DNA of 32,000 nucleotides from Nitrosomonadaceae bacterium (lineage in GTDB: Bacteria > Pseudomonadota > Gammaproteobacteria > Burkholderiales > Nitrosomonadaceae). The notes beneath the pieces were generated by a model. It was not told the DNA's origin. It was given only the letters and a program-made list of their open reading frames with translations, and did no database searches. The stretch is taken from the NCBI GenBank assembly GCA_030646695.1, contig JAUSLF010000005.1:19793-51792 (forward strand), in the 5' to 3' direction. Shown here one piece after another: positions 21,657-31,294 of this stretch. Numbering within the stretch: position 1 is the first letter of the stretch; every line of letters begins with the position of its first letter. The position numbers and the translations under genes were made by a program.

Positions 21657-23168
21657 CTACCCTAGGAACAACTTGTACGCCGGATTCTTGCTTTCATCCC
21701 AGTAGCGGTAACCAAGTTGGTCGAGAAACGTCCTGAATTCAGCCTTCTCTGCGGGTGGCACCTCCATGCCCACCAGCACGCGGCCGTAATCGGTACCATG
21801 GTTGCGGTAGTGAAACAGGCTGATGTTCCAGTGGTGGCTCATGCTGTCCAGGAATTTCATCAGCGCGCCGGGACGATCAGGAAACTCGAAGCGGTAAAGA
21901 ATTTCATTCTTTACCCCACGCGCGCGCCCGCCAACCAGATGGCGTACATGCAGTTTCGCCATTTCATTGTCACTAAAATCTTCAGCATGCAGACCGCTTT
22001 TCTCCAGACTCTTGATCAGCTTTGCCGCCTCATCACGATCGCGCACCGACACACCAACAAACACATGCGCCTCTTTTGGATCGGAGTAGCGGTAGTTGAA
22101 TTCCGTGATACTTTTCGTCCCCAGCATGGCGCAGAATTTCTTGAAACTGCCAGGCTCTTCAGGAATGGTCACCGACATCACTGCTTCGCGCTGCTCACCC
22201 AGTTCCGCCCGTTCGGAAACATGACGCAGGCGATCAAAATTCATGTTGGCACCGGAGGCAATCGCCACCAGGGTTTTACCGCGAATTTTACCGCGCTTGG
22301 TGTAAGCCTTGGCACCTGCGATAGAGAGCGCGCCGGCAGGCTCCAGAATGGCGCGAGTGTCTTCGAATACATCCTTGATCGCGGCGCAGATGGCGTCAGT
22401 GTCCACCAAGATGATCTCATCCACCAGATCGCGGCACAGGCGGAAGGTCTCTTCGCCCACTTGCTTCACCGCCACGCCGTCCGCAAACAGCCCCACCTGG
22501 GTAAGCTTGATGCGGCGCCCCTCTTGCAGCGACCGGTACATGGAATCGGCATCGACCGGTTCGACTCCGATAATTTTGACTCCTGGGTGTAGCCTTTTTA
22601 CGTATGCAGCGATGCCGGAAATAAGTCCGCCACCGCCCACTGGCACAAATATGGCGTGGATGGTTCCGGTGTGCTGGCGCAGGATTTCCATGCCGATGGT
22701 GCCCTGCCCCGCAATGATATCGGGATCGTCATAAGGGTGTACAAAAGTGGCGCGTTCTTCTTCTGCGAGTTTCAGTGCTTGCGTATAGGCTTCGTCATAG
22801 GCGTCGCCATGCAGCAGTACGGTCGCGCCACGCGACTCAACCGCCTGTATCTTGATTTGCGGCGTAGTGACGGGCATCACGATCGTGGCACGGCAATTAA
22901 GCCGCTGCGCCGCCAGCGCTACTCCCTGTGCATGATTGCCAGCAGAAGCCGCCACCACGCCGCGCTTAAGCTGGGCAGGTGAAAGTCTGACCATTTTGTT
23001 GTAGGCCCCGCGCAATTTGAATGAGAACACCTGCTGCATGTCCTCGCGCTTCAGCAGCAACCGGTTATGCATGCGGGCAGACAGATTAGGGGCAAACTCC
23101 AGGGGGGTCTCTACCGCCACATCATAAACCCGGGCAGTGAGAATTCTTTCGAGATAATCATTTTTCAT
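21657..23168 (-). CDS. ilvA: Biosynthetic threonine dehydratase (threonine ammonia-lyase) with C-terminal regulatory domains
   Basis: The PLP-lysine motif FSFKLRGAYN is present, along with GGGGLISG and tandem C-terminal ACT-like regulatory domains. I preferred the ATG at 23166-23168 (MKNDYLERIL) over GTG 23180. The product is 503 aa. Confidence 0.95.
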   Translation of the reverse strand: MKNDYLERILTARVYDVAVETPLEFAPNLSARMHNRLLLKREDMQQVFSFKLRGAYNKMVRLSPAQLKRGVVAASAGNHAQGVALAAQRLNCRATIVMPVTTPQIKIQAVESRGATVLLHGDAYDEAYTQALKLAEEERATFVHPYDDPDIIAGQGTIGMEILRQHTGTIHAIFVPVGGGGLISGIAAYVKRLHPGVKIIGVEPVDADSMYRSLQEGRRIKLTQVGLFADGVAVKQVGEETFRLCRDLVDEIILVDTDAICAAIKDVFEDTRAILEPAGALSIAGAKAYTKRGKIRGKTLVAIASGANMNFDRLRHVSERAELGEQREAVMSVTIPEEPGSFKKFCAMLGTKSITEFNYRYSDPKEAHVFVGVSVRDRDEAAKLIKSLEKSGLHAEDFSDNEMAKLHVRHLVGGRARGVKNEILYRFEFPDRPGALMKFLDSMSHHWNISLFHYRNHGTDYGRVLVGMEVPPAEKAEFRTFLDQLGYRYWDESKNPAYKLFLG

Positions 23169-23311
23169 CTGGACGCACACTTGAGGAATCAGAAGTTGAG
23201 GCGAATTCTAGCATGCTGACAGGCGCACTTAGAATCCGGGTTAATTGTTAAATTTCGCGGATGGGGCTATTCTAACGGCTGGTCAAGAGTTTTTATCGGC
23301 GCAAGGACATC

Positions 23312-23971
23312 ATGACACAAGATGAACAAAAACGCGCGGTTGCACAAGCCGCCATTCAGCACGTTCCCGCCGGTTGCATTGTCGGGGTGGGAACCGGTTC
23401 TACCGCGAATTATTTCATAGAAGAACTGGCCAGGATCAAGCATAAAATTGAGGGCGCGGTGGCGAGTTCCGAAGCAACTGCCCAACGCCTCAGAAGCCAT
23501 GGTATCGAGGTCATGGATCTGAACAGTGTCAACGAACTCCCGCTGTATGTGGATGGTGCGGACGAAGTCACCGAACATCTGCACATGATTAAAGGTGGTG
23601 GTGGGGCCTTGACGCGGGAAAAAATCGTCGCTGCGGTAGCGAGAAAATTTGTCTGTGTCACTGACCAGAGCAAATTGGTGGAGGTACTCGGCGAATTCCC
23701 GCTGCCGGTCGAAGTCATTCCGATGGCGCGCAGCTATGTTGCACGCGAAATTGCGCGACTGGGTGGACAACCCATGCTGCGTCAGGGATTCACTACCGAT
23801 AACGGCAACGTAATTCTGGACGTGCGCGGCCTGCAAATCCTCAACCCGGTGGAATTGGAAACAGCGCTCAACCAGATAACTGGTGTCGTAACCAATGGGC
23901 TGTTTGCAAGGCGCGGAGCCGACGTGTTGCTGCTCGGTACCGACAGCGGTATTCGGACGATCGCCATCTGA
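23312..23971 (+). CDS. rpiA: Ribose-5-phosphate isomerase A
   Basis: A 219-aa ORF has AAGGA upstream and the motifs [16 protein letters not shown] and YVDGADEV...[12 protein letters not shown]. Confidence 0.95.
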   Translation: MTQDEQKRAVAQAAIQHVPAGCIVGVGTGSTANYFIEELARIKHKIEGAVASSEATAQRLRSHGIEVMDLNSVNELPLYVDGADEVTEHLHMIKGGGGALTREKIVAAVARKFVCVTDQSKLVEVLGEFPLPVEVIPMARSYVAREIARLGGQPMLRQGFTTDNGNVILDVRGLQILNPVELETALNQITGVVTNGLFARRGADVLLLGTDSGIRTIAI

Positions 23972-24042
23972 TGTGAGCAGCAACAAAATTGTCACAACCG
24001 GCGAGTATCATTCTCTGTTTCTGACTAACCAAAAGGCGCGCA

Positions 24043-24750
24043 ATGTCAATCAGCGAACACATATCCAAGCAGTTTAACGCCGAACTGGAAGCGGTGCGCT
24101 CGAGCGTGCTGCAAATGGGCGGATTGGTAGAGGAGCAGATCGAACGTGCGGTCGAAGCGCTTACCACTGGCAATATAGATCTGATCGAGCAAGTTATCGC
24201 CGATGATCACCGCGTCAATGCAATGGAAGTGTCAATAGACGAAATCTGTAGTCAGATCATTGCACGCCGGCAACCCACTGCCGGCGATTTACGCATGATC
24301 ATGACGGTCATCAAAACCATTACCGATCTGGAACGTATTGGCGATGAAGCGGCAAAGATCGCACGCATGGCAAAGTTGATATATGCCGCTGGCCGCACAC
24401 ACATGCCACGCTTCATCGAGATCAGGCATGTCGCTAACATCGCACTGGAAATGTTGCGCAAATCGTTGGATGCTTTTGCCCGGCTGGATCTGGCGGCAGC
24501 GGCCCAGGTTGTGCGACAGGACGAACTGGTGGATGAAGAATTCCGTTCCATCATACGGCAGTTGATCACTTTCATGATGGAAGACCCGCGCAAGATATCC
24601 ACCTCGTTGGAAATTCTGTTTGCGGCGAAAGCCATTGAGCGCATCGGCGACCACGCCAAGAACATGTCGGAATATGTGGTCTATCTGGTCAAGGGCAAGG
24701 ATGTGCGGCATGTAACCGTCGAGGAGATCGAGCGCGAGGCGCAAGAATAA
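24043..24750 (+). CDS. phoU: Phosphate signalling/transport accessory protein PhoU
   Basis: A 235-aa ORF contains two PhoU repeats, each with an E(R)IGD motif (DLERIGDEAAKIA and AIERIGDHAKNM). Confidence 0.92.
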   Translation: MSISEHISKQFNAELEAVRSSVLQMGGLVEEQIERAVEALTTGNIDLIEQVIADDHRVNAMEVSIDEICSQIIARRQPTAGDLRMIMTVIKTITDLERIGDEAAKIARMAKLIYAAGRTHMPRFIEIRHVANIALEMLRKSLDAFARLDLAAAAQVVRQDELVDEEFRSIIRQLITFMMEDPRKISTSLEILFAAKAIERIGDHAKNMSEYVVYLVKGKDVRHVTVEEIEREAQE

Positions 24751-24787
24751 GTAGTTTAGTCACTTTCTGAAATTCGACCAGGAACCC

Positions 24788-26341
24788 ATGACTGAATATT
24801 CCACCCTGGCTGCGGTTGATCTCGGCTCCAACAGCTTTCGTCTGCAGGTGGCGCGGGTGGTGGGCGAACAAATATATCCGCTGGATAATTTACGGGAAAT
24901 GGTGCGCCTTGCCGCCGGGCTCACTGCCGATAAGCGACTGGATGAAGATTCGCAGGCGCGCGCACTGGATTGTCTGAAATGCTTTGGCGAGCGTCTGCGG
25001 GGTTTTCCGCCGCATACTGTACGCGCAGTTGGCACCAACTCACTGCGCGTGGCAAAAAACGCCCCCGCCTTCCTGAAAAAAGCCGAGGCCGCTCTGGGAT
25101 TCCCCATTGAGGTTATTGCCGGCCGCGAGGAAGCGCGGCTTATTTACCTGGGTGTTGCTCATGGCCTGCCCGTTTCCAGCAACAATCGCCTGGTCGTTGA
25201 TATTGGCGGCGGCTCTACCGAATTCATCATTGGCAGCCGCTTAAAACCGATCAAACTGGAAAGTCTTTACATGGGCTGTGTCAGCCACAGCCTGCGCTTC
25301 TTCCCGGATGGAAAAATCACCAAAGCTGCAATGAAACAGGCAGAGCTGGCAGCACGCACCGAAGTACAGACTATTGCTGCCGAGTTCTCCGCTGACCAGT
25401 GGCATGATGCATTTGGCTCTTCCGGCACGGCACGCGCACTGGGCGATATTTTGAAACTGAACAATTTCGGCGATGGTAGTAGCAGCGGAGACATCACATC
25501 GGAAGGGCTGGAAAATTTTCGTGATTATCTGCTCAAAGTTGGCGATAGCAGAAAATTTGAAATTGCCGGTTTACGCGCTGAACGTGCGCCTGTCATTGTC
25601 GGCGGATTTGTCATCATGTCCGCAGCATTTTCCGAACTGGGCATTCGCCGCATGTCGCAGGCAATGGGAGCATTGCGCCAGGGTGTGCTCTATGACCTGC
25701 TGGGGCGTTTCCATAATCATGACATGCGCGAAGTAACGGTGCGGCAATTCATGCGGCGCTACCAGGTAGACCCCGCCCAGGCGGGACGGGTGGAATCACT
25801 GGCGCTGGCGCTGGGAAAGCAGTTGCTGACAGGCTCTCCTGATGAATTGGAGGATGCACTGCGAATTCTGTCGTGGGCAGCGCGATTGCATGAAGTTGGT
25901 ATTTCGGTGGCTCACTCTGGCTACCACAAACATTCTGCATACATTCTTGGCAATGCTGACATGCCCGGTTTCTCAAAAATGGAGCAAGCTCGCCTGAGTC
26001 TGCTCGCGCTGGCCCACCGGGGCACACTCAGCAAAGCACGGGGTCTGGTCGCAACACTGCCGGACTTGAAACTGCTGTTCGCACTGCGACTGGCGGCACT
26101 GTTTCACCGCAGCCGTAGCGATATTGAATTACCGCGATTAGAAGTGCTCCTTGGCGATACCGAATGCGCGTTGCGCATCGAGCGCGAATGGCTGGAACGC
26201 AACCCTTTGACCGACACCGCATTGCACACCGAGGCTGAGGAGTGGGCGACTCTCGGTTTCGATTTGCGTATTAAGGATTGGCCGGAAGGGGGCAAGGCCG
26301 GCAAAGCGGATAAATTGATCGGGAGCATTGCAGGCGCATGA
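24788..26341 (+). CDS. ppx: Exopolyphosphatase (Ppx/GppA family)
   Basis: A 517-aa ORF has the N-terminal ASKHA-fold motif AAVDLGSNSFRL, then DIGGGSTEF, and a C-terminal HD-like domain. Confidence 0.9.
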   Translation: MTEYSTLAAVDLGSNSFRLQVARVVGEQIYPLDNLREMVRLAAGLTADKRLDEDSQARALDCLKCFGERLRGFPPHTVRAVGTNSLRVAKNAPAFLKKAEAALGFPIEVIAGREEARLIYLGVAHGLPVSSNNRLVVDIGGGSTEFIIGSRLKPIKLESLYMGCVSHSLRFFPDGKITKAAMKQAELAARTEVQTIAAEFSADQWHDAFGSSGTARALGDILKLNNFGDGSSSGDITSEGLENFRDYLLKVGDSRKFEIAGLRAERAPVIVGGFVIMSAAFSELGIRRMSQAMGALRQGVLYDLLGRFHNHDMREVTVRQFMRRYQVDPAQAGRVESLALALGKQLLTGSPDELEDALRILSWAARLHEVGISVAHSGYHKHSAYILGNADMPGFSKMEQARLSLLALAHRGTLSKARGLVATLPDLKLLFALRLAALFHRSRSDIELPRLEVLLGDTECALRIEREWLERNPLTDTALHTEAEEWATLGFDLRIKDWPEGGKAGKADKLIGSIAGA

Positions 26342-26356
26342 CTTCCATACATCACC

Positions 26357-27427
26357 ATGACATCCTACACTAAAAAGCGATCTGCCAAAGCCGGTCTGCC
26401 TCCAGGCGCGCTGGTACATATCGGCGAAAAGAAAACTGCCGCCTCCAGTGTCACCCTGCTGGATTACGATGCGAGCGGCGTGCGCGAATCCGATGTGACT
26501 ATTGGTGGTCTGGCCGACAAGGTCCAGGCGGCGCGCGGTACCGTGTGGCTCAATCTTCACGGCCTGAGTGATACCGCCATGCTGGAACAGATCGGTGCCA
26601 GTTTCGGCCTACACCCGCTGGTACTGGAGGACATACTCAACACCGAGCAGCGCTCCAAACTCGAAGACTATGGTGATTATCTCTACGTGGTGCTGAAAAC
26701 CTTCGGTTACGAAAACAAAGGGGCGGAGGAAAAAATTGATTCGGACCAGATCAGCCTGGTGTTGGGGAAAAATTTCGTGCTGTCGTTTCTTGAAACGGAT
26801 GGTACTCAGTTCAGAGCCGTGCGTGAGCGGCTGCGTTCAGGCAAGGGGCAGATCAGAAAATCCGGTGCGGATTTTCTGATGTATAGCCTGATTGACGCCA
26901 TTGTTGACAGCTATTTCGTTATTCTGGAACGGCTCGATGAAAGAACCGAAGCGTTGGAAATGGAGCTGATAGCTCACCCTCAGCCTAGCACCCTGCACGC
27001 AATTTACCGTCTCAAGCGCGAAGGCGTTTTTTTGCGCAGGGCATTATGGCCGCTGCGCGAAGTCATCAGCTCGCTGCAGCGCGGCGACTCACCGCTATTT
27101 AGCCGGAATACGTTGCTCTATTTGCGTGACGTGTATGACCATACCATTCACATTATCGAGTCGGTGGAGTCTCTGCGCGACCTGACAGCCGGCATGCTCG
27201 ATATTTACATATCCAGTGTGAGCTACCGCATCAGTACGGTAATGAAAGTTCTCACCGTTATCACCACCATATTCATGCCGCTGGCGCTAATCGCCGGTAT
27301 CTACGGCATGAACTTCAAACACATCCCAGGACTGGGATGGGATTGGGGATTTTTTGCAGTGCTGGGAGTGATGACCATCATCAGCATCGGCATGCTGGCA
27401 TTATTCCGCTGGAAGAAATGGTTGTAG
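26357..27427 (+). CDS. corA: Magnesium/cobalt transporter CorA
   Basis: A 356-aa ORF has two C-terminal TM helices and the signature YGMNF between them. It starts 15 nt after the ppx stop. Confidence 0.92.
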   Translation: MTSYTKKRSAKAGLPPGALVHIGEKKTAASSVTLLDYDASGVRESDVTIGGLADKVQAARGTVWLNLHGLSDTAMLEQIGASFGLHPLVLEDILNTEQRSKLEDYGDYLYVVLKTFGYENKGAEEKIDSDQISLVLGKNFVLSFLETDGTQFRAVRERLRSGKGQIRKSGADFLMYSLIDAIVDSYFVILERLDERTEALEMELIAHPQPSTLHAIYRLKREGVFLRRALWPLREVISSLQRGDSPLFSRNTLLYLRDVYDHTIHIIESVESLRDLTAGMLDIYISSVSYRISTVMKVLTVITTIFMPLALIAGIYGMNFKHIPGLGWDWGFFAVLGVMTIISIGMLALFRWKKWL

Positions 27428-27553
27428 CGGATCGGAGTTGCCACCACGCTACATCCCAGCATGGTTACACAGGCTAATTCCAAGAAATATAAGGCTGCGA
27501 ATCACCATAAACATCAGAGCGGCTTATTTGCTTTCCACTGCATTGCAAATTTC

Positions 27554-27582
27554 TTGACAGGTTTTAGATGAAGCGTTAGGCT
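27554..27582 (+). promoter_or_regulatory. Candidate sigma-70 promoter for hao
   Basis: TTGACA (27554-27559), a 17-nt spacer and TAGGCT (27577-27582) are present. The -35 is perfect and the -10 is weak. The predicted 5' UTR is about 105 nt. This rests on sequence pattern only. Confidence 0.35.
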
Positions 27583-27653
27583 ACGCGGGTCGTTGGAATG
27601 GGCTATTCTGGTTGTCTGAATAGGTCAACAGGTCAAACGGCCACGAACAATAT

Positions 27654-27686
27654 AACAACTACGTAACAACTACGGAACAACAAAGG
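27654..27686 (+). repeat. Three tandem 11-nt A/C-rich units in the hao leader
   Basis: AACAACTACGT, AACAACTACGG and AACAACAAAGG occupy 27654-27686. They run directly into the RBS AAGGAGAG (27683-27690). Confidence 0.8.
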
Positions 27687-27695
27687 AGAGAAGAC

Positions 27696-29408
27696 ATGGT
27701 TGCCAAGCTTTGGCTGAGGTTTGTTTTGCTGGTCGGCGGTACGGTGCTGGCGGCGTCTGCATACGCGAACTTTCCCAGCGTCCCCAAGGAAACCTACAAA
27801 GCGCTGAGTCTGGAGCAATCGGCCACGCCCAAGCAATTGCATGAGGCGCTGAGCAAGCGCTACAAGGATCCGGCGCAAGGCGCCGGGCGCGGCACCCTGG
27901 CGCAGTACTGGGAACCGATCCCGTTCAGCATGTACATGGACCCGGCCTCCTTCTACAAACCGCCGACCTCGATGAAAGAAGTGGCCTCACGCCAGGAATG
28001 CGTAAAATGCCACACCGACGAATCGCCAGTGTGGGTGAATGCCTGGAAGAAGAGCACCCATGCCAACCTGGACAAGATCCGCGCACTCAAGCCGACTGAC
28101 CCGACTTTCTACAAGAAAGCCAAACTGGAAAGCGTCGAGAACAACCTGCGCTCGATGGGTCGCCTCGGTGCGGGCGAGAAGCTGAAAGAAGTGGGCTGTA
28201 TCGACTGCCACGTCGACATCAACACCAAGAAGAAAGCCGACCACAGCGTCGACATGCGCATGCCCACCGCAGACGTGTGCGGCGTCTGCCACCTGCAGGA
28301 ATTTGCCGAACGCGAATCCGAACGCGACACCATGATCTGGCCCTTCAAAACCGGCTGGCCCGACGGCCGGCCCTCGCATGCCCTGGACTGGAAAGCCAAC
28401 GTAGAAGTGGCAGTATTTGCGGCGATGCCCCAACGCGAGATCGCCGAAGGCTGCAGCCAGTGCCACACCAACCAGAACAAATGCGATGGCTGCCACACCC
28501 GGCACGAATTCTCGGCGGCCGAATCACGCAAGCCGGAAGCCTGCGCCACCTGTCACAGCGGGGTTGACCATAACAACTGGGAAGCCTACTCCATGTCCAA
28601 GCACGGCAAGGTCGTGTCGATGATGGGCAGCAAATGGAACTGGGATGTCCAGCTCTCCGACGCCTACAGCAAAGGCGGGCAGACTGCCCCGACCTGCGCG
28701 GGCTGTCACATGGAATACGAAGGCAAGTTCAGCCACAACATGATACGCAAGGTTCGCTGGGCCAACTACCCGGCCGTACCTGGCATCGCCGAGAACATCA
28801 ACAGCGAATGGTCGGAAGAACGGCTGGACTCCTGGGTGAAGACCTGTACCCAGTGCCACGCCGAGCGTTTCACCCGCTCCTACCTGGAATTCATGGACAA
28901 GGGCACGCTGCACCTGCTGGCCAAATACCAGGAATCGCATGGCGTGGTGGAGAAACTCTACAAGGAAGGCCTGCTGACCGGTCAGAAGACCAACCGTCCG
29001 GCACCGCTGGCGCCGGACAAGGAAATGTTTGCGGGCTTCACCCAGTTATACTGGTCGAAGGACAACAACCCGGCCGCCATCGAACTGAAGGTGCTGGAGA
29101 TGGGTGAGAACGACCTGCCGAAGGGACACGTCGGACTGGCACACGTCAACCCGGGTGGTTACACCTACACCGAAGGCTGGGGACCGATGAACCGGGCCTA
29201 TGTCGAGATCATGGATGAAAACACCAAGATCCGCGAGATGGCGGCACTGCAGAAACGTGTCGACCGGCTGGATGGACGTCGTACCAGCTTGCTGGACATC
29301 GACAGCACCCGTGACAAGATCTCGATCGGGGGTCTGGGTGGGGGCATGCTGCTGGCGGGCACGATCGCGCTGGCTGGCTGGCGCCGCCGCGACAAAAGCG
29401 GACGTTGA
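27696..29408 (+). CDS. hao: Hydroxylamine oxidoreductase (octahaem, P460-containing)
   Basis: A 570-aa ORF has a signal peptide and eight CxxCH motifs (CVKCH, CIDCH, CGVCH, CSQCH, CDGCH, CATCH, CAGCH, CTQCH). It retains the conserved [13 protein letters not shown] region, which holds the cross-linking Tyr of oxidative HAOs. A C-terminal hydrophobic anchor ([18 protein letters not shown]) is present. Confidence 0.97.
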   Translation: MVAKLWLRFVLLVGGTVLAASAYANFPSVPKETYKALSLEQSATPKQLHEALSKRYKDPAQGAGRGTLAQYWEPIPFSMYMDPASFYKPPTSMKEVASRQECVKCHTDESPVWVNAWKKSTHANLDKIRALKPTDPTFYKKAKLESVENNLRSMGRLGAGEKLKEVGCIDCHVDINTKKKADHSVDMRMPTADVCGVCHLQEFAERESERDTMIWPFKTGWPDGRPSHALDWKANVEVAVFAAMPQREIAEGCSQCHTNQNKCDGCHTRHEFSAAESRKPEACATCHSGVDHNNWEAYSMSKHGKVVSMMGSKWNWDVQLSDAYSKGGQTAPTCAGCHMEYEGKFSHNMIRKVRWANYPAVPGIAENINSEWSEERLDSWVKTCTQCHAERFTRSYLEFMDKGTLHLLAKYQESHGVVEKLYKEGLLTGQKTNRPAPLAPDKEMFAGFTQLYWSKDNNPAAIELKVLEMGENDLPKGHVGLAHVNPGGYTYTEGWGPMNRAYVEIMDENTKIREMAALQKRVDRLDGRRTSLLDIDSTRDKISIGGLGGGMLLAGTIALAGWRRRDKSGR

Positions 29409-29434
29409 CCTCCGCATCCTCCCGGAGCGCCGCA

Positions 29435-30451
29435 ATGCCGGCGCGGCCGGGAAATAAATTCCTCCCGTTACTGGGGATTCTCCTGGTAACGGGAGGTTTT
29501 CTTTTGCTCGCCTGGTTTGCCTACTTATGGTTCAATCCCAAACCGGCGCCGTACCAATATCAGCTGGTAGCAGAAGGCGGCGTCGACAAGTTTGCTGAAC
29601 TGCGGCTGCAAGACTGGCCGGATCTGAACTTGCGCAAATACGAAGTACGGGTACCGGAAGTGGATACACCGATTGCGGTGGCGCATGTGGCGAACCGCGG
29701 CAATGCCGCCCCGGTGCTGCTCAGCTGGGAGAGTCGCACCAGCGAACCGATTGGCGCCCTCGACGGCAAGCTATCCGAACTGACCGTGCTGGCGGGGGCG
29801 ATTGCCAAACATGCGCCGAAAGACGCACTGATCCTGTCGTGGTGGGACACCGCACAACAGATCCGACTGCTGACCGGACGCGACACCCTGTTTACTGCGC
29901 ATGTGGGGGAGCCGCTGATCATCCCTGCCCAATGGAACGAGCGCAGCGATGTCATCCGCCAGTATGAAGACAAATTCTGGGGTGCGCCGGCATCAACCGG
30001 CGAGCGCCAGAAATTCCAGCGCTTTGCCGATGCACTGGTCGCCAGCCCGGAGGCGGGTGCTGCCATCCTGCGCGAACTGGCGGGCCCGCGCGAAGCCTAC
30101 CTGGTGGTGCACGTCACCGACCTCTACAAACTGGGGCTGATGCGCCCGAGCCACTTCGACATGGCCTACAAAGTCTTCCCGATGGGTGGCAACATGCATG
30201 GACTGATCGGTTACCTGAAAAGCTGGATGCGCGACAACCACTATGAAACCTATGCGCTGCAATCGATCTCCGACAGCGAAGTGCGTGCCTTCTTCCTGAA
30301 GGATGCCAAGAGCAGCAACACCCTGCTGGCGCAGACACTGCCTTTTACCAACACCCAGCCACTCGACCTGGCGGCGCTGCAGGCCGTCTACCAGCATGGG
30401 GGCTACTGGCTGTACAAGATCCCGGCAACACCGCCGGGCACGACGGATTGA
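29435..30451 (+). CDS. haoB: HaoB/orf2, a conserved membrane-anchored protein of the hao cluster with unknown function
   Basis: The ORF follows hao directly. Possible starts are TTG 29405, which overlaps the hao stop (TGA 29406-29408), or ATG 29435, used here to give 338 aa. It has a single N-terminal TM segment (FLPLLGILLVTGGFLLLAWFAYLWF) followed by a soluble domain of about 300 aa. It contains no haem or other cofactor motifs that I recognise. Confidence 0.8.
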   Translation: MPARPGNKFLPLLGILLVTGGFLLLAWFAYLWFNPKPAPYQYQLVAEGGVDKFAELRLQDWPDLNLRKYEVRVPEVDTPIAVAHVANRGNAAPVLLSWESRTSEPIGALDGKLSELTVLAGAIAKHAPKDALILSWWDTAQQIRLLTGRDTLFTAHVGEPLIIPAQWNERSDVIRQYEDKFWGAPASTGERQKFQRFADALVASPEAGAAILRELAGPREAYLVVHVTDLYKLGLMRPSHFDMAYKVFPMGGNMHGLIGYLKSWMRDNHYETYALQSISDSEVRAFFLKDAKSSNTLLAQTLPFTNTQPLDLAALQAVYQHGGYWLYKIPATPPGTTD

Positions 30452-30586
30452 GCGACAGAGGCTGGGCGGTATCAGTGGTACCAGAAAGAGTGATGGTACT
30501 GGTTCTACCAGTTTGCACAAAGCAGCGATAAAGTGTACCCATAAAGGGTACGGTCAAACTATAACAACGGATATGAAGGAGAGATC

Positions 30587-31294
30587 ATGCGTCATCCTAT
30601 GACATTTGCACTGGCAGCGGCAGCCATGCTGGCCGTTCTTTCGGGCAGCGCGCTGGCCGGCAAGTACGAGGGCCGGCAGAAATGCAGCTCGTGCCACAAG
30701 AGCCAAGCCACCTCATGGGGCGAGACGGCCCACGCCAAGGCGATGGAATCGCTCAAGCCCAAGACCAAGGCGGCCGCCAAGACCAAGGCCAAGCTGGATC
30801 CCAACAAAGACTACACCAAGGACAAGGACTGCGTGGGCTGCCACGTCGACGGGTTCGACAAGGAAGGCGGCTACACCATTGCCAGCCCGGGCAAATTCAC
30901 GGCGGCAGTCGGCTGCGAATCGTGCCATGGTCCGGGTTCCAAGTATCGCGGCATCCACCGCAAGGCGGGGGCGGAATTTGAGAAGTCGAAGAAGACTGCC
31001 CAGCGCAAAGTTCTGGTGGATGCCGGCCAGGACTTTCATTTTGAAGAGAGCTGCAACGCCTGCCACCTGAACTATGAAGGCTCGGGCTGGAAGGGCGTGA
31101 AGAAACCATACACCCCGTTCACGCCGCAGGTGGACAAGAAATACACCTTTGACTTCAAGAAATATGTGCGCGACAGCAAGGCGATGCATGAGCACTACAA
31201 GCTGGATGGCACATTCGTGGGCGAACCGGAGTTCATGTTTCACAAGGACTTCCAGTCCACGGCCAAGGTGGGCGTGAAAGGATCGGACGACTGA
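30587..31294 (+). CDS. cycA: Tetrahaem cytochrome c554
   Basis: A 235-aa ORF has the RBS GAAGGAGAG, a signal peptide ending SALA and four CxxCH motifs (CSSCH, CVGCH, CESCH, CNACH). It closely resembles the c554 sequence I recall (AHAKAMESLKP, KDYT.DKDCVGCHVDGF, AMHEHYKL). Confidence 0.95.
   Translation: MRHPMTFALAAAAMLAVLSGSALAGKYEGRQKCSSCHKSQATSWGETAHAKAMESLKPKTKAAAKTKAKLDPNKDYTKDKDCVGCHVDGFDKEGGYTIASPGKFTAAVGCESCHGPGSKYRGIHRKAGAEFEKSKKTAQRKVLVDAGQDFHFEESCNACHLNYEGSGWKGVKKPYTPFTPQVDKKYTFDFKKYVRDSKAMHEHYKLDGTFVGEPEFMFHKDFQSTAKVGVKGSDD

Noticed and set aside
21717-22592. 291-aa ORF on the plus strand inside ilvA
   Set aside because: It is an antisense shadow ORF. Its composition (rich in H, R, Q and A) is typical of reverse-frame translation, and ilvA on the minus strand is unambiguous.
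23267-23995. 242-aa ORF on the minus strand covering all of rpiA
   Set aside because: It is an antisense shadow of a strongly recognisable rpiA gene. The sequence is low-complexity, has no recognisable family and has no RBS.
23972-24042. Searched for a Pho box upstream of phoU
   Set aside because: Only a loose TTGTCAC half-site is present, with no tandem 11-bp direct repeats at the correct spacing.
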